The notes: generated by a model from the letters alone, not told the origin. Shown: positions 21,207 to 31,056, numbered from the stretch's first letter. The stretch is 64,000 bases of DNA from an uncultured Solirubrobacterales bacterium (GCA_963789675.1 CAWBLR010000021.1:19585-83584); one strand, 5' to 3'. Numbers and translations: made by a program.

Positions 21207-23693
21207 ATGAGCGACTATCTAAGTCTAAGACCACGCATGGGAGTCGTCGGTGCGCTCGCCGCATTCACGCTGCTTGGGGCCAGTGTATTCACTGCAACCC
21301 CGGCCCTCGCCGCGTCTGGTGAAGGCTGCCCCAACGAAGCCGTCCGGCAGGAATCCAACACCAACCTTACGACCGGTCAGCCCTACGACATGGCCCTCCC
21401 CGAATGCCGGGCGTACGAGATGGTCAGTCCGCTGGACAAGGAGGCGCATAATGCGTTTGGACCTGGGTACGTACCGTCGATTCCGGTATCTCCCGATGGA
21501 AGCGCGGTCGGCTGGAACTCTGTGGGAGACTACGCTGATCCGGGTAACTATCTGCTCTCGCTTGGTCCCAACAACCCCTATCTGGCGCAGCGCACTCCGT
21601 CGGGCTGGATCACGAGGTCAGGGTACGCGCCTGCCAGCATTGTTGAATACGCTGGCAACGTCAGCACAGATCCCTCGTGGGGCGTATTCTCGCCTGACCT
21701 CTCGGATGAGATCAGCTGCGGTGCTGACGGCCCAAATCTCGCCTGTGCTGTGCGCGAGCCTAGCGGCTCCTGGCTAGGTACCCCCGGCTACGCTACGACT
21801 TCTGGCGCTAACTTGTTCAGTGGCTTCGGGATTCTCGGCGCCTCCAGCGACCTCTCAAATGTCGTCCTCCAGCCGGAGACAGGCGAACATCTCCTGCCGT
21901 CTGACGCCAGCTCAGCGTCCCATTGCAGCGGGCTAAACGCATTCAGCTGCGGTGCTCTCTACGAGCTCTCCGGGCTCGGCACGGAATCACCCGAGCTGCA
22001 GCTAGTTGATGTTGACAACAACGGGAGCATGATCGGTCCCGAAAGCTTGACGGCGATCGGGGCGGTTCCAGGGGTCGAAGGTGGCACCAGTTACCAGGCG
22101 ATGTCTGTGGATGGTTCGACGATCTACTTCACCGCGACCCCAACTGCCAGCAACGACTTTGGCTCGAGCACGAATGTGCAGACCATCTTTGCTCGCGTCG
22201 ATGGGAGCTCGACCGTCGACATCTCCAATCCCTCCCCGTCGCAGTGCACGAGGTGCACCCAGGAAGCCGAAGAAGGCAAACCGGAAAGCAGCGAAGCCAA
22301 GCCCGCGATCTTCCAAGGCGCCTCTGCAGACGGCTCGAAGGTCTTCTTCACGACCAGCCAGCAGCTCGTCAACGCGGACACTGACGAAACGAGCGACCTC
22401 TACGAGTATGATTCCGAGAAGCCCGCTGGTCAGAGGATCGTCCAGGTGTCAGGCGGTGGGGCTGGCGACCTGACCCCGGGGGCCGGTGCGAACGGGGGGG
22501 ACATCGTAAGCATCTCTGAAGATGGATCGCACGTGTATTTCGTTGCTGAAGGAGTATTGACCACCCTGCCGAACAGTCTCGGACAGACAGCGATCAAGGG
22601 ATCGCGGAACCTGTACGCCTTCGACACCGAAACGAACCAGACGAAGTTCGTCGCGACGCTATCCTCGCTCGACGGAATCCTAACGGGGGAAAGGACTGCG
22701 GGCCGCGGCGCCTCCGGCTCACATTTCGACCGGCTGGCACAGACAACGCCGGATGGGCGCTATCTCGTATTCGACAGCTTTGCGAAGCTCATCACCACAG
22801 GCCCTGAAGCCGACACGAGTGGAGCACAGCAGGTCTACCGCTATGACTTCCAGACCGGCAACCTGGCCCGTATCTCGATCAGTCACGAAGGCTTCGGCGA
22901 CAATGGCAACACCCCGGGTCTGAACGCGCTGATCGAGCCCAAGCCGATCAGCGAAGAAGGTGGGGGGGGTGGTTCTGGCGCGTTGCCCACAATCAATGAT
23001 ATAAACCGAGCGATCACAGACGACGGCTCCGCCGTGGTCTTCATGACGGCTGAGCAGCTCCAAGGCGGCGTTACTAACAGGGGGACTACGCCATCATGCG
23101 AAGGGTATGCGTCTAGCCCAGACGAAGCGGCCAGCTCTGTCGGCTGCCAGCTCTATGTGTGGCACGAATGCGCGGGAGCGCACTGCACGGATGGCGAGGC
23201 CGGTGTGACGAGCCTTATTTCCGATGGCCAAGGACCAGCGGAAGAGGGCGTCGCGGCGATCTCCGGTACCGGCTCGGACATCTTCTTTGAGACAAGCAGC
23301 GAGCTCGTGGGGCAAGACACCGACGAACTCGGCGACATCTACGATGCCCGCGTTGACGGTGGGTTCCCCGCGCCGACGCCAGAACCCTCGTGCTCCGGGG
23401 AAGCCTGTCAAGGAAGCCCATCCTCGCTGCCATCTTTCGGCTCGTCGGGTACTTCCTCCTTCACGGGCGGTGGGAACTTGACACCTGGCCCAATCACCTT
23501 CCCCCCACCGACCGAATCCAAACCCAGACCCCTCACTCGTGCTCAAAAGCTGGCGAACGCCCTCAAGCAATGTAAGAAAGATAAAAGTAAGAAAGATAAC
23601 AGTAAGAAGAAAAGACTTTCCTGCGAAAAGTCAGCAAAAGCAAAATATGGAGTAAAGACGAAAGCAAAGACGAAAAGTAAAAGAGGAAAATGA
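21207..23693 (+). CDS. Secreted TolB/WD40-like beta-propeller protein with Lys-rich two-Cys tail
   Basis: Signal ..TPALA; GCPNEAVRQE..LPECRAYEMVSPLDK; blades SPDG, SADGSKVFF, SEDGSHVYF, TPDGRYLVF; tail TRAQKLANALKQCKK..CEKSAKAKYG. Confidence 0.9.
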   Translation: MSDYLSLRPRMGVVGALAAFTLLGASVFTATPALAASGEGCPNEAVRQESNTNLTTGQPYDMALPECRAYEMVSPLDKEAHNAFGPGYVPSIPVSPDGSAVGWNSVGDYADPGNYLLSLGPNNPYLAQRTPSGWITRSGYAPASIVEYAGNVSTDPSWGVFSPDLSDEISCGADGPNLACAVREPSGSWLGTPGYATTSGANLFSGFGILGASSDLSNVVLQPETGEHLLPSDASSASHCSGLNAFSCGALYELSGLGTESPELQLVDVDNNGSMIGPESLTAIGAVPGVEGGTSYQAMSVDGSTIYFTATPTASNDFGSSTNVQTIFARVDGSSTVDISNPSPSQCTRCTQEAEEGKPESSEAKPAIFQGASADGSKVFFTTSQQLVNADTDETSDLYEYDSEKPAGQRIVQVSGGGAGDLTPGAGANGGDIVSISEDGSHVYFVAEGVLTTLPNSLGQTAIKGSRNLYAFDTETNQTKFVATLSSLDGILTGERTAGRGASGSHFDRLAQTTPDGRYLVFDSFAKLITTGPEADTSGAQQVYRYDFQTGNLARISISHEGFGDNGNTPGLNALIEPKPISEEGGGGGSGALPTINDINRAITDDGSAVVFMTAEQLQGGVTNRGTTPSCEGYASSPDEAASSVGCQLYVWHECAGAHCTDGEAGVTSLISDGQGPAEEGVAAISGTGSDIFFETSSELVGQDTDELGDIYDARVDGGFPAPTPEPSCSGEACQGSPSSLPSFGSSGTSSFTGGGNLTPGPITFPPPTESKPRPLTRAQKLANALKQCKKDKSKKDNSKKKRLSCEKSAKAKYGVKTKAKTKSKRGK

Positions 23694-23708
23694 ACGATTG
23701 AACTAACG

Positions 23709-23738
23709 CCCTTTCCGTTTGTACACAAACGGAAAGGG
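23709..23738 (+). terminator. Perfect 14-bp inverted repeat, probable terminator
   Basis: ccctttccgtttgt-ac-acaaacggaaaggg, 15 nt after the stop codon. Confidence 0.7.
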
Positions 23739-24028
23739 TATGGTCGATCCCACTGGATCGGCAGACCGGGTGCGGAAAGACAAGACACCCGTCTCGCCCG
23801 ATTCCATCGGGATCAAGGTGAAGGTGCGGAGGACGCAGGCGGACTAGGCCCCACAACGCCTCGCTAGCATCGCTGCCTGTCAGCGCGGCAAGAAAGCCCT
23901 GGGGCGCTTCCTCTCGGATAGACGAGCGCACCCAGGGCGTCATCAATACAGCGAGAGAGATGATAGCTCGGGGGGCGCGTGCCTGCCACTCACCTGTTTT
24001 GACCCAGGACGCCTTTACGATCACCGGC

Positions 24029-24354
24029 ATGTCTGATCTCCGCTCCCCCACTTCCCGTGAGACGCCACGCTTTACGGCGCGTCTCCTGGTCGGTTGTGCC
24101 GACCGTCCGGGGATCGTCGCGGCGGTGTCGGGGTTTCTGTTCGAGCAGGGGGAAACATCGTCTCCTCCCACCAGTACTCCTCGGATGCCAGCGGTGGCAG
24201 GTTCTTTATGCGTACCGAGCTCTTCCTCGACCCCCACGTCGATCACGGCCGGTTTGAGGCGAGCTTTGCGGCTGAGGTTGCGCGGCGCTTTGCGATGGAC
24301 TGGCAGATCCGCTGGTGGGGAGAGCGCCGGCGCGTCGCGATCCTCGTCTCCAGG
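24029..24354 (+). pseudogene. purU: N-terminal fragment of formyltetrahydrofolate deformylase
   Basis: ARLLVGCADRPGIVAAVSGFLF..NIVSSHQYS..GRFFMR..RVAILVSR; G-run frameshift near 24148; catalytic domain absent. Confidence 0.85.
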
Positions 24355-24407
24355 TGGGGCGCATCGTGGCGTTCTGAGCCAAGCATGGGCCACCACCGAC
24401 CGTCTGG

Positions 24408-24864
24408 CTACCGTCGCCTGCCTTGCGCGAAGTTCATGGCGGGTGGCGCGGCGACGGCGAAGTCGTCGTCGGGCGTGGTGGGCTGCTCGATCTGCGGTAG
24501 CTGTGTGACGTTTGCTGGCCGTCCCTCGGGCTTGTGCAGCGGGTGGATCGCGTTGGCGAGGAGGTTGATCGCGCCGCCGCCGTCTGCGTGGCGCTCGAGG
24601 ACGCCGTCGACGCGGATGATGGGCGCGGTGCGGACGATCGCGCGGTGTGTCTCGTAGAGCTTCTTGGGGACGATCACGTTGAGTGTCCCGTGCTCGTCTT
24701 CGATCAGCAGGAACGTGATGCCGTGGGCGGTTTGCGGTTTCTGGCGGGCGATCACGAACCCGCCGACCTGCACGTGAGTGTTGTGCCGCACGTCTGCGAG
24801 CTCGGCGATGCTGAGGGCGCCGTCGGCGCTCAGCTGCTCGCGGAGCAGCGCGAGGGGGTGACGC
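24408..24864 (-). pseudogene. dnaE2: Diverged duplicate of the DnaE2 C-terminal OB-fold/tail (frame still open)
   Basis: RHPLALLREQLSADGAL..VIARQKPQTAHGITFLLIEDE..PPAMNFAQGRRR*, matching 26237-26692; the 3' flank is duplicated too. Confidence 0.88.
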
Positions 24865-24866
24865 GG

Positions 24867-26093
24867 CTACCCATCACCGTCCTGGCGGGGGTGCCTGCGG
24901 CGCAGAAAGGCTCCGAACAGAGGTGCGGTGTATGCGTACTCGCCGTAGCGAACGCGGTAGATCAAGTTGTTCTGGGTGAGGCGGTTCAGGCTCTGCTGCA
25001 CAGCACCGGGCTTGAGCCTGGAGAGCTCGGCGACCACATCCCCCACCCGGAAGGTTTCGCCGCCCAGGGAGCCGGCGATCCTCATCGTCGTCTGCTCGGC
25101 GCGCTTGGCCTCCTCGTAGCGTCCCTCGAAGAACTCGGCGTCCAGGCCGTCCTGGATCGACTCATGCGCCCCGGCATACAGCCGCGGATCGATCACGTCC
25201 ACGCCGGCGTCATCGGCCGCGTCCCAGAGCGCCTCCCCGTACCATTGGATGAAGTAGGGGTAGCCGCTCACGTCGGCCGCAACTTGCTCGGCGACGTCTA
25301 GGGGGAAGGAGACCTCGCCGCCTTTCACGGCCCTGGTCAGCGCGGCGGCGGCGGGGCTCGGTTCGTCCTCGCCCGCCTCGAGTCCGAGGTTCCCCAGCTC
25401 CTCGACCTTGAAGAAGCGCTCGGAATGACTCCGCGCAGCTTGCAGGTTCGTCGCCAGTGGCGGCAGTCCGCTCATCACCAGCATCAGCGGCAGATCCTGA
25501 TCGTGATCCTGGGCCTCGACGAAACCGCTCAGCAGGGCGCTGAGCGGAAACTGACCCGCCTTCGGCCTGTCGTAGAGCACGTGGGCCTCGTCGTAAAGGA
25601 ACAGCACTCCCCGTTTCGCCCTTCTCGCCAGGAGGCCGAGCTTGACCATCGCGTCGCGGATGCGGTCCTCCAAGACGGCCGGCTTGGCGGCCTTCGCAGC
25701 CCCGATCTTGACCGTCACTCCCTCGCCCAGGTCGATCACGGCGCTCACTGACTCTCGCGCCGCGCTCACGAGCTTGCCCACCCTGGCGACCATCGAGAGC
25801 TCACCGATCGCACGCTCTAGGTCGGCCGTGATGGCCGTCGCGAAGTCGCGCTCCTCGTTGAGCCTCGGCGTCAGATCACGCTTGAGCACGATCCATCCCC
25901 GAGCCCGCGCGGCCTTGCGGTACTCCTTGATCAGAACAGTCTTCCCCACGCCGCGAAGGCCGGTCACACGAACATTGCGCCGGTTCTCCGGAAAGTCCTC
26001 GAGATAGCGCCGGAAGCGTTTCAGTTGCGCCTCGCGGTCAGCCAGATACGGAGGTGGCTTGCCGACGCCAGGCCGGAACGGGTTATTGGCCAT
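24867..26093 (-). CDS. AAA+ ATPase (AAA_16/archaeal ATPase type) with C-terminal wHTH
   Basis: NPFRPG..PPYLADRE; Walker A GLRGVGKT; Walker B LFLYDEAH; GYPYFIQ. Confidence 0.9.
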   Translation of the reverse strand: MANNPFRPGVGKPPPYLADREAQLKRFRRYLEDFPENRRNVRVTGLRGVGKTVLIKEYRKAARARGWIVLKRDLTPRLNEERDFATAITADLERAIGELSMVARVGKLVSAARESVSAVIDLGEGVTVKIGAAKAAKPAVLEDRIRDAMVKLGLLARRAKRGVLFLYDEAHVLYDRPKAGQFPLSALLSGFVEAQDHDQDLPLMLVMSGLPPLATNLQAARSHSERFFKVEELGNLGLEAGEDEPSPAAAALTRAVKGGEVSFPLDVAEQVAADVSGYPYFIQWYGEALWDAADDAGVDVIDPRLYAGAHESIQDGLDAEFFEGRYEEAKRAEQTTMRIAGSLGGETFRVGDVVAELSRLKPGAVQQSLNRLTQNNLIYRVRYGEYAYTAPLFGAFLRRRHPRQDGDG

Positions 26094-26109
26094 CGACCAG
26101 ACCTCTCAT

Positions 26110-26147
26110 CACACAACACCATACTAGAGCTAGTAATGTCCTGTGTG
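26110..26147. promoter_or_regulatory. Imperfect palindrome upstream of the ATPase gene
   Basis: cacaca..tactag-ag-ctagta..tgtgtg, overlapping a TAGTAT/TATGGT -10-like hexamer on the minus strand. Confidence 0.5.
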
Positions 26148-26236
26148 GTTCGTGCCCATCCGAGGATCGCGTGGTCGTGGACGGTCGGCGCACGATCGTA
26201 TTCTGAGCCGAGCGCGGGCGACCACCGACCGTCTGG

Positions 26237-29200
26237 CTACCGTCGCCTGCCTTGCGCGAAGTTCATGGCGGGTGGCGCGACGACGGCGAAGTCGTCGCTC
26301 GGCGCGGCGGGCTGCTCGGTCCTCTGCAACTGCTTGACGGTGGCCCCCGGCCCGTCGAGTCGGTGCAGCGGGTGGATCGCCGTGGCGAGTAGGTTGATCG
26401 CGCCGCCGCCGTTTGCGTGTCGCTCGAGCATGCCGTCGACGCGGATGAGGGGCGCGGTGCGGACGATCGCGCGGTGCCTGTCGTAGAGCTTCTTGGGGAC
26501 GATCACGTTGAGCGTTCCGCGCTCGTCTTCGATCAGCAGGAACGTGATCCCGTGGGCGGTCTGGGGTTTCTGGCGGGCGATCACGAACCCACCGACCTTC
26601 ACGTATGTGTTGTGGCGCACGGTCGCGAGGTCGGCGGTCGTAAGCGCGCCGTCGGCGCTCAGCTGCTCGCGCAACAGGGCGAGGGGGTGGCGGTCGATCG
26701 AGATCCCGGTGGCCTGGTAGTCGGCGATCATCGCCTCCCACTCGCTCAGCGCCGGCAGGTCCGGCGCCTGCTGCAGCGGCAGCTCCAGCGCGAGCTGGTC
26801 CCCGCCCCTGGTTTTCAGCGCGGGTCTGGCGACCCCGAGCTGCCAAAGCGCGCTGCGGCGGGCGTGGCGATCGTCACCGGCGAGCATGTCGCACGCACCG
26901 GACCACGCGAGCGCTTCCAGGGTGGGTGTGCTGACCCCCGCGCGCGCGGCGAAGTCCGCCAAGCCGTGGAAGCTGCCGCCGGCGCGGCGGGCCGCGATCA
27001 GCTGTTCGACGTCGCGTGCTTGCACGCCCTTGATGTAGTTCAGGCCGATGCGGATTTCCCCGGCGTGGTTGACGGTGCACTCGGCTTCGCTGTGCAGGAC
27101 GTCGGGCGGGAGGACGATCACTTCGCGGTGCTGGGCCTCATGGATCAGGCTGTCGGGCGGGTAGAACCCCATCGGCTGCTCTGAGAGCAGCGCGCAGAGG
27201 AACTCGGAGGGGTGGTGCACCCGCAGCCACGTGGACTGGTAGGCGAGCAGGCCGAACGCGGCGCCGTGGCTCTTGGGGACCCCGAACCCGGCGAACCCGG
27301 CGACCATCTCCCACACCCGCGCGATCACCTCCGCGCCGGCGTCGGGATGGGTGCGGGCGGCGCCGTGGAGGAACTGCTCGCGGTGGGCGTTCATCGCCTC
27401 GGTCGAGCGCTTGCGCGACATCGCGCGCCGGAGGCTCTCGGCCTGCCCCGGGGTGAAGCCGGCGAACGCCTGGGATACCGTGAGCACCTGGTCCTGGAAG
27501 ACGATCGTCCCCAGGGTCTCTCTCAGCGGCTCCCGCAGCGAAGGGTGCAGGTGCGGGATCTGGTAGTTGGGGTTGCGCAGCAGCGCTTGGCGGCGTGCGA
27601 TGTAGGTGTTCACAGCACCGCCGACGATCGGACCGGGCCTGACGAGCGCGACCTGGATCGTGAGGTCCGCGAGGCTCGCGGGACGGGTGCGCCGCAGCGA
27701 CCCCATCTGCGCCCTGCTCTCGATTTGGAACACGCCGGTCGTGTCCGCCGTCTGGATCGCCGTGAACGTGTCGGCGTCGTCGAACGGGATCCGCGAGAGG
27801 TCCACCCGCTCACCGGTGCGGCTTGCGATCAGCTCGACGCAGCGCTCGACCGCGGAGAGCATCCCCAACCCGAGGATGTCGATCTTCAGGAACCCGCCGT
27901 CCGAGCAGGAGTCCTTGTCCCACTGCACCATTTGCCGTCCCGCCATCGCGGACGGGACGATCGGGCAGCAGTCGATCAGCGGCCGGGTGGAGATCACCAT
28001 GCCGCCGGGGTGCTGGCCGATGTGGCGCGGCAGGCCGTATGCCTCGTCGGCGAGCTTCGCCAGCCATGCCCAGCGGGTGTGCGCGAGGCGCTCGGGGCCG
28101 AGCGCCGCCTGAATGTCCTGCGCGACGGTGCCTTCCCTACCCCAGCCCTCCGAGCCGCGCGCGACACGGTCAAGCTCAGCCGCGGGTAGCCCGAGGGCCT
28201 TGCCGAGCTCGCGGATCGAGCGCTTGGCCTTGAAGCTGGGGTAGGTAGCGACCAGCGCGGCGCGGTCCTGCCCGTAGTGCTCGGGGATGCGCAGCAGCAG
28301 CCGCTCGCGAATATCGCGGGGGAAGTCGATGTCGATGTCCGGCAGGCCGGTGAGATCCTGGTGCAAAAACCGTCCGATCGCAAGCTCGTTCTCGATCGGG
28401 TCGATGTGCGAGAGCCCCGCGAGATAACACACCAGCGAGGAGACCGAGCTGCCGCGGCCGCGGCCGGGCGGCAGCAGCGCCCTGACGCTGTCAGAGCCGC
28501 GCACCTCGCGCGCGACGTCGCGCGCGAGCTCGAGGATCTCGAAGTGCAGCAGGAAGAACCCGGCGAGGCCGAGCGTGTCGATGACCTGCAGCTCCTGCTC
28601 CAGGCGGGCGGCGGCCTCGCCACGGCGGCGGTGGCTGGCCGGGTAGCGGCGCGCGAGCTCGGCACGGCAGATCCCCGCCAGGCGGCGGGTCGCGTCGTGG
28701 TCTTCGACGCCGGGGTAGCGGTAGCCGAGGTCGCCGCCGAGGTCGAAGGTGAGGGTCTCGGCGAGCCGCACGCTCTCGGCGACCGCGTCGGGGAACTGCT
28801 CGAACCTCGCCGCCATACCGGCCGGTGTCGCCAGGACGTGCGTGTCGTTCGCGCGTAGCTGCACCTCGCTCGCGTCCAAGGTCAGCCCGTGGCGGATCGC
28901 GACGAAAGCGTCCTGCAACAGGGCACGCTGCGGCGTGTGGGCGTGCACGTCGCCCGTCGCGACCGTCGCGACGCCCAGCCGGCGGGCGAGTCGCTCCCGC
29001 GCGCGGTTGCGCACCAGGTCACCGCGCGCGTAAGGGCGCTGCAGCTCGACTCGCAGCGAGTCGCGCCCGAACGCGTCCAGCAGCCGCCTCGCGGTCGGCT
29101 CGTCCTCGACGCCGTGCCGTGCGCAGCCGGTCAGGCACACCAGCCCCTCGGCGTGCTCCAGCACGCTCTCCAGCGAGACCGAGGGTTGCCCGGCGCGACG

Positions 29201-29563
29201 CTCCGGCGTGTCGCGCGCGTGCGCGTGCGCGCGCGTCAGCAGCCGGCAGAGGTTGCTCCACCCGGCGCCGTCGCGGACGAGCAGCGTCAGATGTCGGTCC
29301 TCGCCATTCTCGACGCCGGCCGGGGGTTGGATGGTGAGCTCGGCGCCGAAGATCGCGCGGACCGGGGCACCGCTGACGGTGGCGTCCCTGGCCGCCATCG
29401 CGAGCTCCATCGCGCCGGCGAGGGAGTCGTGGTCGGTCAGTCCGAGCGCGGTGTGCCCGAGCTCGCCCGCGCGGCCGACCAGCTCCTCAGGAGTCGACGC
29501 GCCGTCCAGGATGGAGTAGGCGGAGTGAGCGTGCAGCTCGACATACGGCGGGGTCCCCGGCAT
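26237..29563 (-). CDS. dnaE2: Error-prone DNA polymerase III alpha (DnaE2/ImuC)
   Basis: YVELHAHSAYSILDGASTPEEL; GRGSSVSS; PDIDIDF; HPGGMVI; KIDILGLGML; GVFQIESRAQM; QPMGFY. Confidence 0.95.
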   Translation of the reverse strand: MPGTPPYVELHAHSAYSILDGASTPEELVGRAGELGHTALGLTDHDSLAGAMELAMAARDATVSGAPVRAIFGAELTIQPPAGVENGEDRHLTLLVRDGAGWSNLCRLLTRAHAHARDTPERRAGQPSVSLESVLEHAEGLVCLTGCARHGVEDEPTARRLLDAFGRDSLRVELQRPYARGDLVRNRARERLARRLGVATVATGDVHAHTPQRALLQDAFVAIRHGLTLDASEVQLRANDTHVLATPAGMAARFEQFPDAVAESVRLAETLTFDLGGDLGYRYPGVEDHDATRRLAGICRAELARRYPASHRRRGEAAARLEQELQVIDTLGLAGFFLLHFEILELARDVAREVRGSDSVRALLPPGRGRGSSVSSLVCYLAGLSHIDPIENELAIGRFLHQDLTGLPDIDIDFPRDIRERLLLRIPEHYGQDRAALVATYPSFKAKRSIRELGKALGLPAAELDRVARGSEGWGREGTVAQDIQAALGPERLAHTRWAWLAKLADEAYGLPRHIGQHPGGMVISTRPLIDCCPIVPSAMAGRQMVQWDKDSCSDGGFLKIDILGLGMLSAVERCVELIASRTGERVDLSRIPFDDADTFTAIQTADTTGVFQIESRAQMGSLRRTRPASLADLTIQVALVRPGPIVGGAVNTYIARRQALLRNPNYQIPHLHPSLREPLRETLGTIVFQDQVLTVSQAFAGFTPGQAESLRRAMSRKRSTEAMNAHREQFLHGAARTHPDAGAEVIARVWEMVAGFAGFGVPKSHGAAFGLLAYQSTWLRVHHPSEFLCALLSEQPMGFYPPDSLIHEAQHREVIVLPPDVLHSEAECTVNHAGEIRIGLNYIKGVQARDVEQLIAARRAGGSFHGLADFAARAGVSTPTLEALAWSGACDMLAGDDRHARRSALWQLGVARPALKTRGGDQLALELPLQQAPDLPALSEWEAMIADYQATGISIDRHPLALLREQLSADGALTTADLATVRHNTYVKVGGFVIARQKPQTAHGITFLLIEDERGTLNVIVPKKLYDRHRAIVRTAPLIRVDGMLERHANGGGAINLLATAIHPLHRLDGPGATVKQLQRTEQPAAPSDDFAVVAPPAMNFAQGRRR

Positions 29564-29569
29564 CTGTGC

Positions 29570-29842
29570 TCACGCCGCCTGGCGAAACCACCTGTCGGTG
29601 AACGCGTCGCGGAACACCACGACCCGCCGGCCGGTGAGCGTGATCACCTCGTAGTAGCGCCGGCGCAGCGGATCGTCCGTCCACCACCGCAACCGCAGCA
29701 GCCACTCTTCGCGCACGCTCGCCACCGGCTCCCCGCCGACCACGACCGGCCTGCCCCGACCGTCGGCGTGCACCCGCACCGGCCTGGGGCTGTTCATCGG
29801 CCCGGGGGCGGAGACGAAGCGTCTCATCCCAGCCACGGTCAT
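29570..29842 (-). CDS. Small DUF6504/ImuB-C-like protein
   Basis: ATGA overlap with the imuB stop; VREEWLLRLRWW..RRRYYEV..VFRD..RWF. Confidence 0.75.
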   Translation of the reverse strand: MTVAGMRRFVSAPGPMNSPRPVRVHADGRGRPVVVGGEPVASVREEWLLRLRWWTDDPLRRRYYEVITLTGRRVVVFRDAFTDRWFRQAA

Positions 29843-31056
29843 CCCAGCCACGGCGTCGAGAGTGTCCTTCGCTCCGGCACGGGCGAGCCCGGCTCCACGA
29901 CCAGGACACGCAGCAGCGCGTGCGGGCCGGCGAGCGCCCGCACCTGACCGACGGCTTGCCGGCGGCGCGCATCGCGCGCCGTGCGCTCCCCGTCCAGCAG
30001 CGTGGCCTGGTCGCCCGTCGCGGGACCGAGCTCCGCCACCGCCAACGCCAGCGCGACGGCGGGCGCGGGCAGCAGCCCGAGCGGCGCGCTCAACGCCAGC
30101 AGCATCCGCTTCGGATCGCTCATCGCTTCGCGGAGCACCACGTGCTCGCGCCAGGTCCCGCGTTCCACCAGGCGCGCGGACAGCACCAGCGCACGGATCG
30201 TGCGCCCGCGGCGCTCCGGGCGCGCGAGCAGCCGGTCGACGAGCACCCCGAGCGTACGCGCGAGCAGCAGCCCCGAGCTCGCGTCGGCGAGCTCCATCGA
30301 CTCCTCCAGGCGATCCTCGACGCTGCGTGCCTGCAATGGGGTGTCCTGGCCGAGCGCCAGGCGCCGCGCGAGCGTGCCCGGCTCGCCGAAACGGTCCGCG
30401 ACCGCGCCGGCGCCGAGCTTCACGAGATCGCCGAGGGTCGCGATCCCGAGCCGTCCCAGCGCCGGGACCAGGGGCTCTGTCTCGGGCCGGTAGCGCAGCA
30501 CGCTCACCGGCTGGGCCGCGAGGTACCGGCGGGCCTCGCGCTCGCCGACCACGCGCGCGCGGCGCGCGCGGGCCTCCAAGGCCGCCGCCAGCGCGCAGAA
30601 GCGCGTCGGGCCCGCACCGATCCGCGGCCGGCGCGCAAGCGCCTTGCCGGCGGCGGCGATCACGCCGTCCCGGCCGCCGTGGATGTTCTGCAGGCCGGCC
30701 GCGTCGAAGTAGGCCAGCCCCGGCCGCTCGAGCTCCAGCCGCGCGCCGATCCCTTCCAGTGCGCGCGCCGCCTGATCCCACGCCTGCGCGACCCCGACGG
30801 GATCGCCGGGGATCAGCTCGAGCCGCGGGGCGCGCGCGAGCGCCTCGCCGAGCGCCATCCCCGCGTGCACGCCCTGCGCCTGCGCGCTCGCGGAGACTTC
30901 GCCGATCCGCATCGCGCCAGTGCCGGTGGGCGCGATCGCCACCGCACGCCCCAACAACGCCTGCTGGCCGATCTTCGACCCGCCACCGGCGGCGGCGGCG
31001 AGCAGCTCAAAGCGCGGGATGTGCACGCACACGATCAGCCGCCCCGTGGTCCTCAT
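29839..31056 (-). CDS. imuB: ImuB-like inactive Y-family polymerase
   Basis: VCVHIPRFEL; GVHAGMALGEALAR; LGRLGIATLGDL; catalytic acidic residues not evident; upstream of dnaE2. Confidence 0.88.
   Translation of the reverse strand: MRTTGRLIVCVHIPRFELLAAAAGGGSKIGQQALLGRAVAIAPTGTGAMRIGEVSASAQAQGVHAGMALGEALARAPRLELIPGDPVGVAQAWDQAARALEGIGARLELERPGLAYFDAAGLQNIHGGRDGVIAAAGKALARRPRIGAGPTRFCALAAALEARARRARVVGEREARRYLAAQPVSVLRYRPETEPLVPALGRLGIATLGDLVKLGAGAVADRFGEPGTLARRLALGQDTPLQARSVEDRLEESMELADASSGLLLARTLGVLVDRLLARPERRGRTIRALVLSARLVERGTWREHVVLREAMSDPKRMLLALSAPLGLLPAPAVALALAVAELGPATGDQATLLDGERTARDARRRQAVGQVRALAGPHALLRVLVVEPGSPVPERRTLSTPWLG

Noticed and set aside
23895-24028. Hairpin gccctggg..cccagggc upstream of purU as a ZTP riboswitch
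   Set aside because: The conserved ZTP aptamer motifs were not found; only a generic stem
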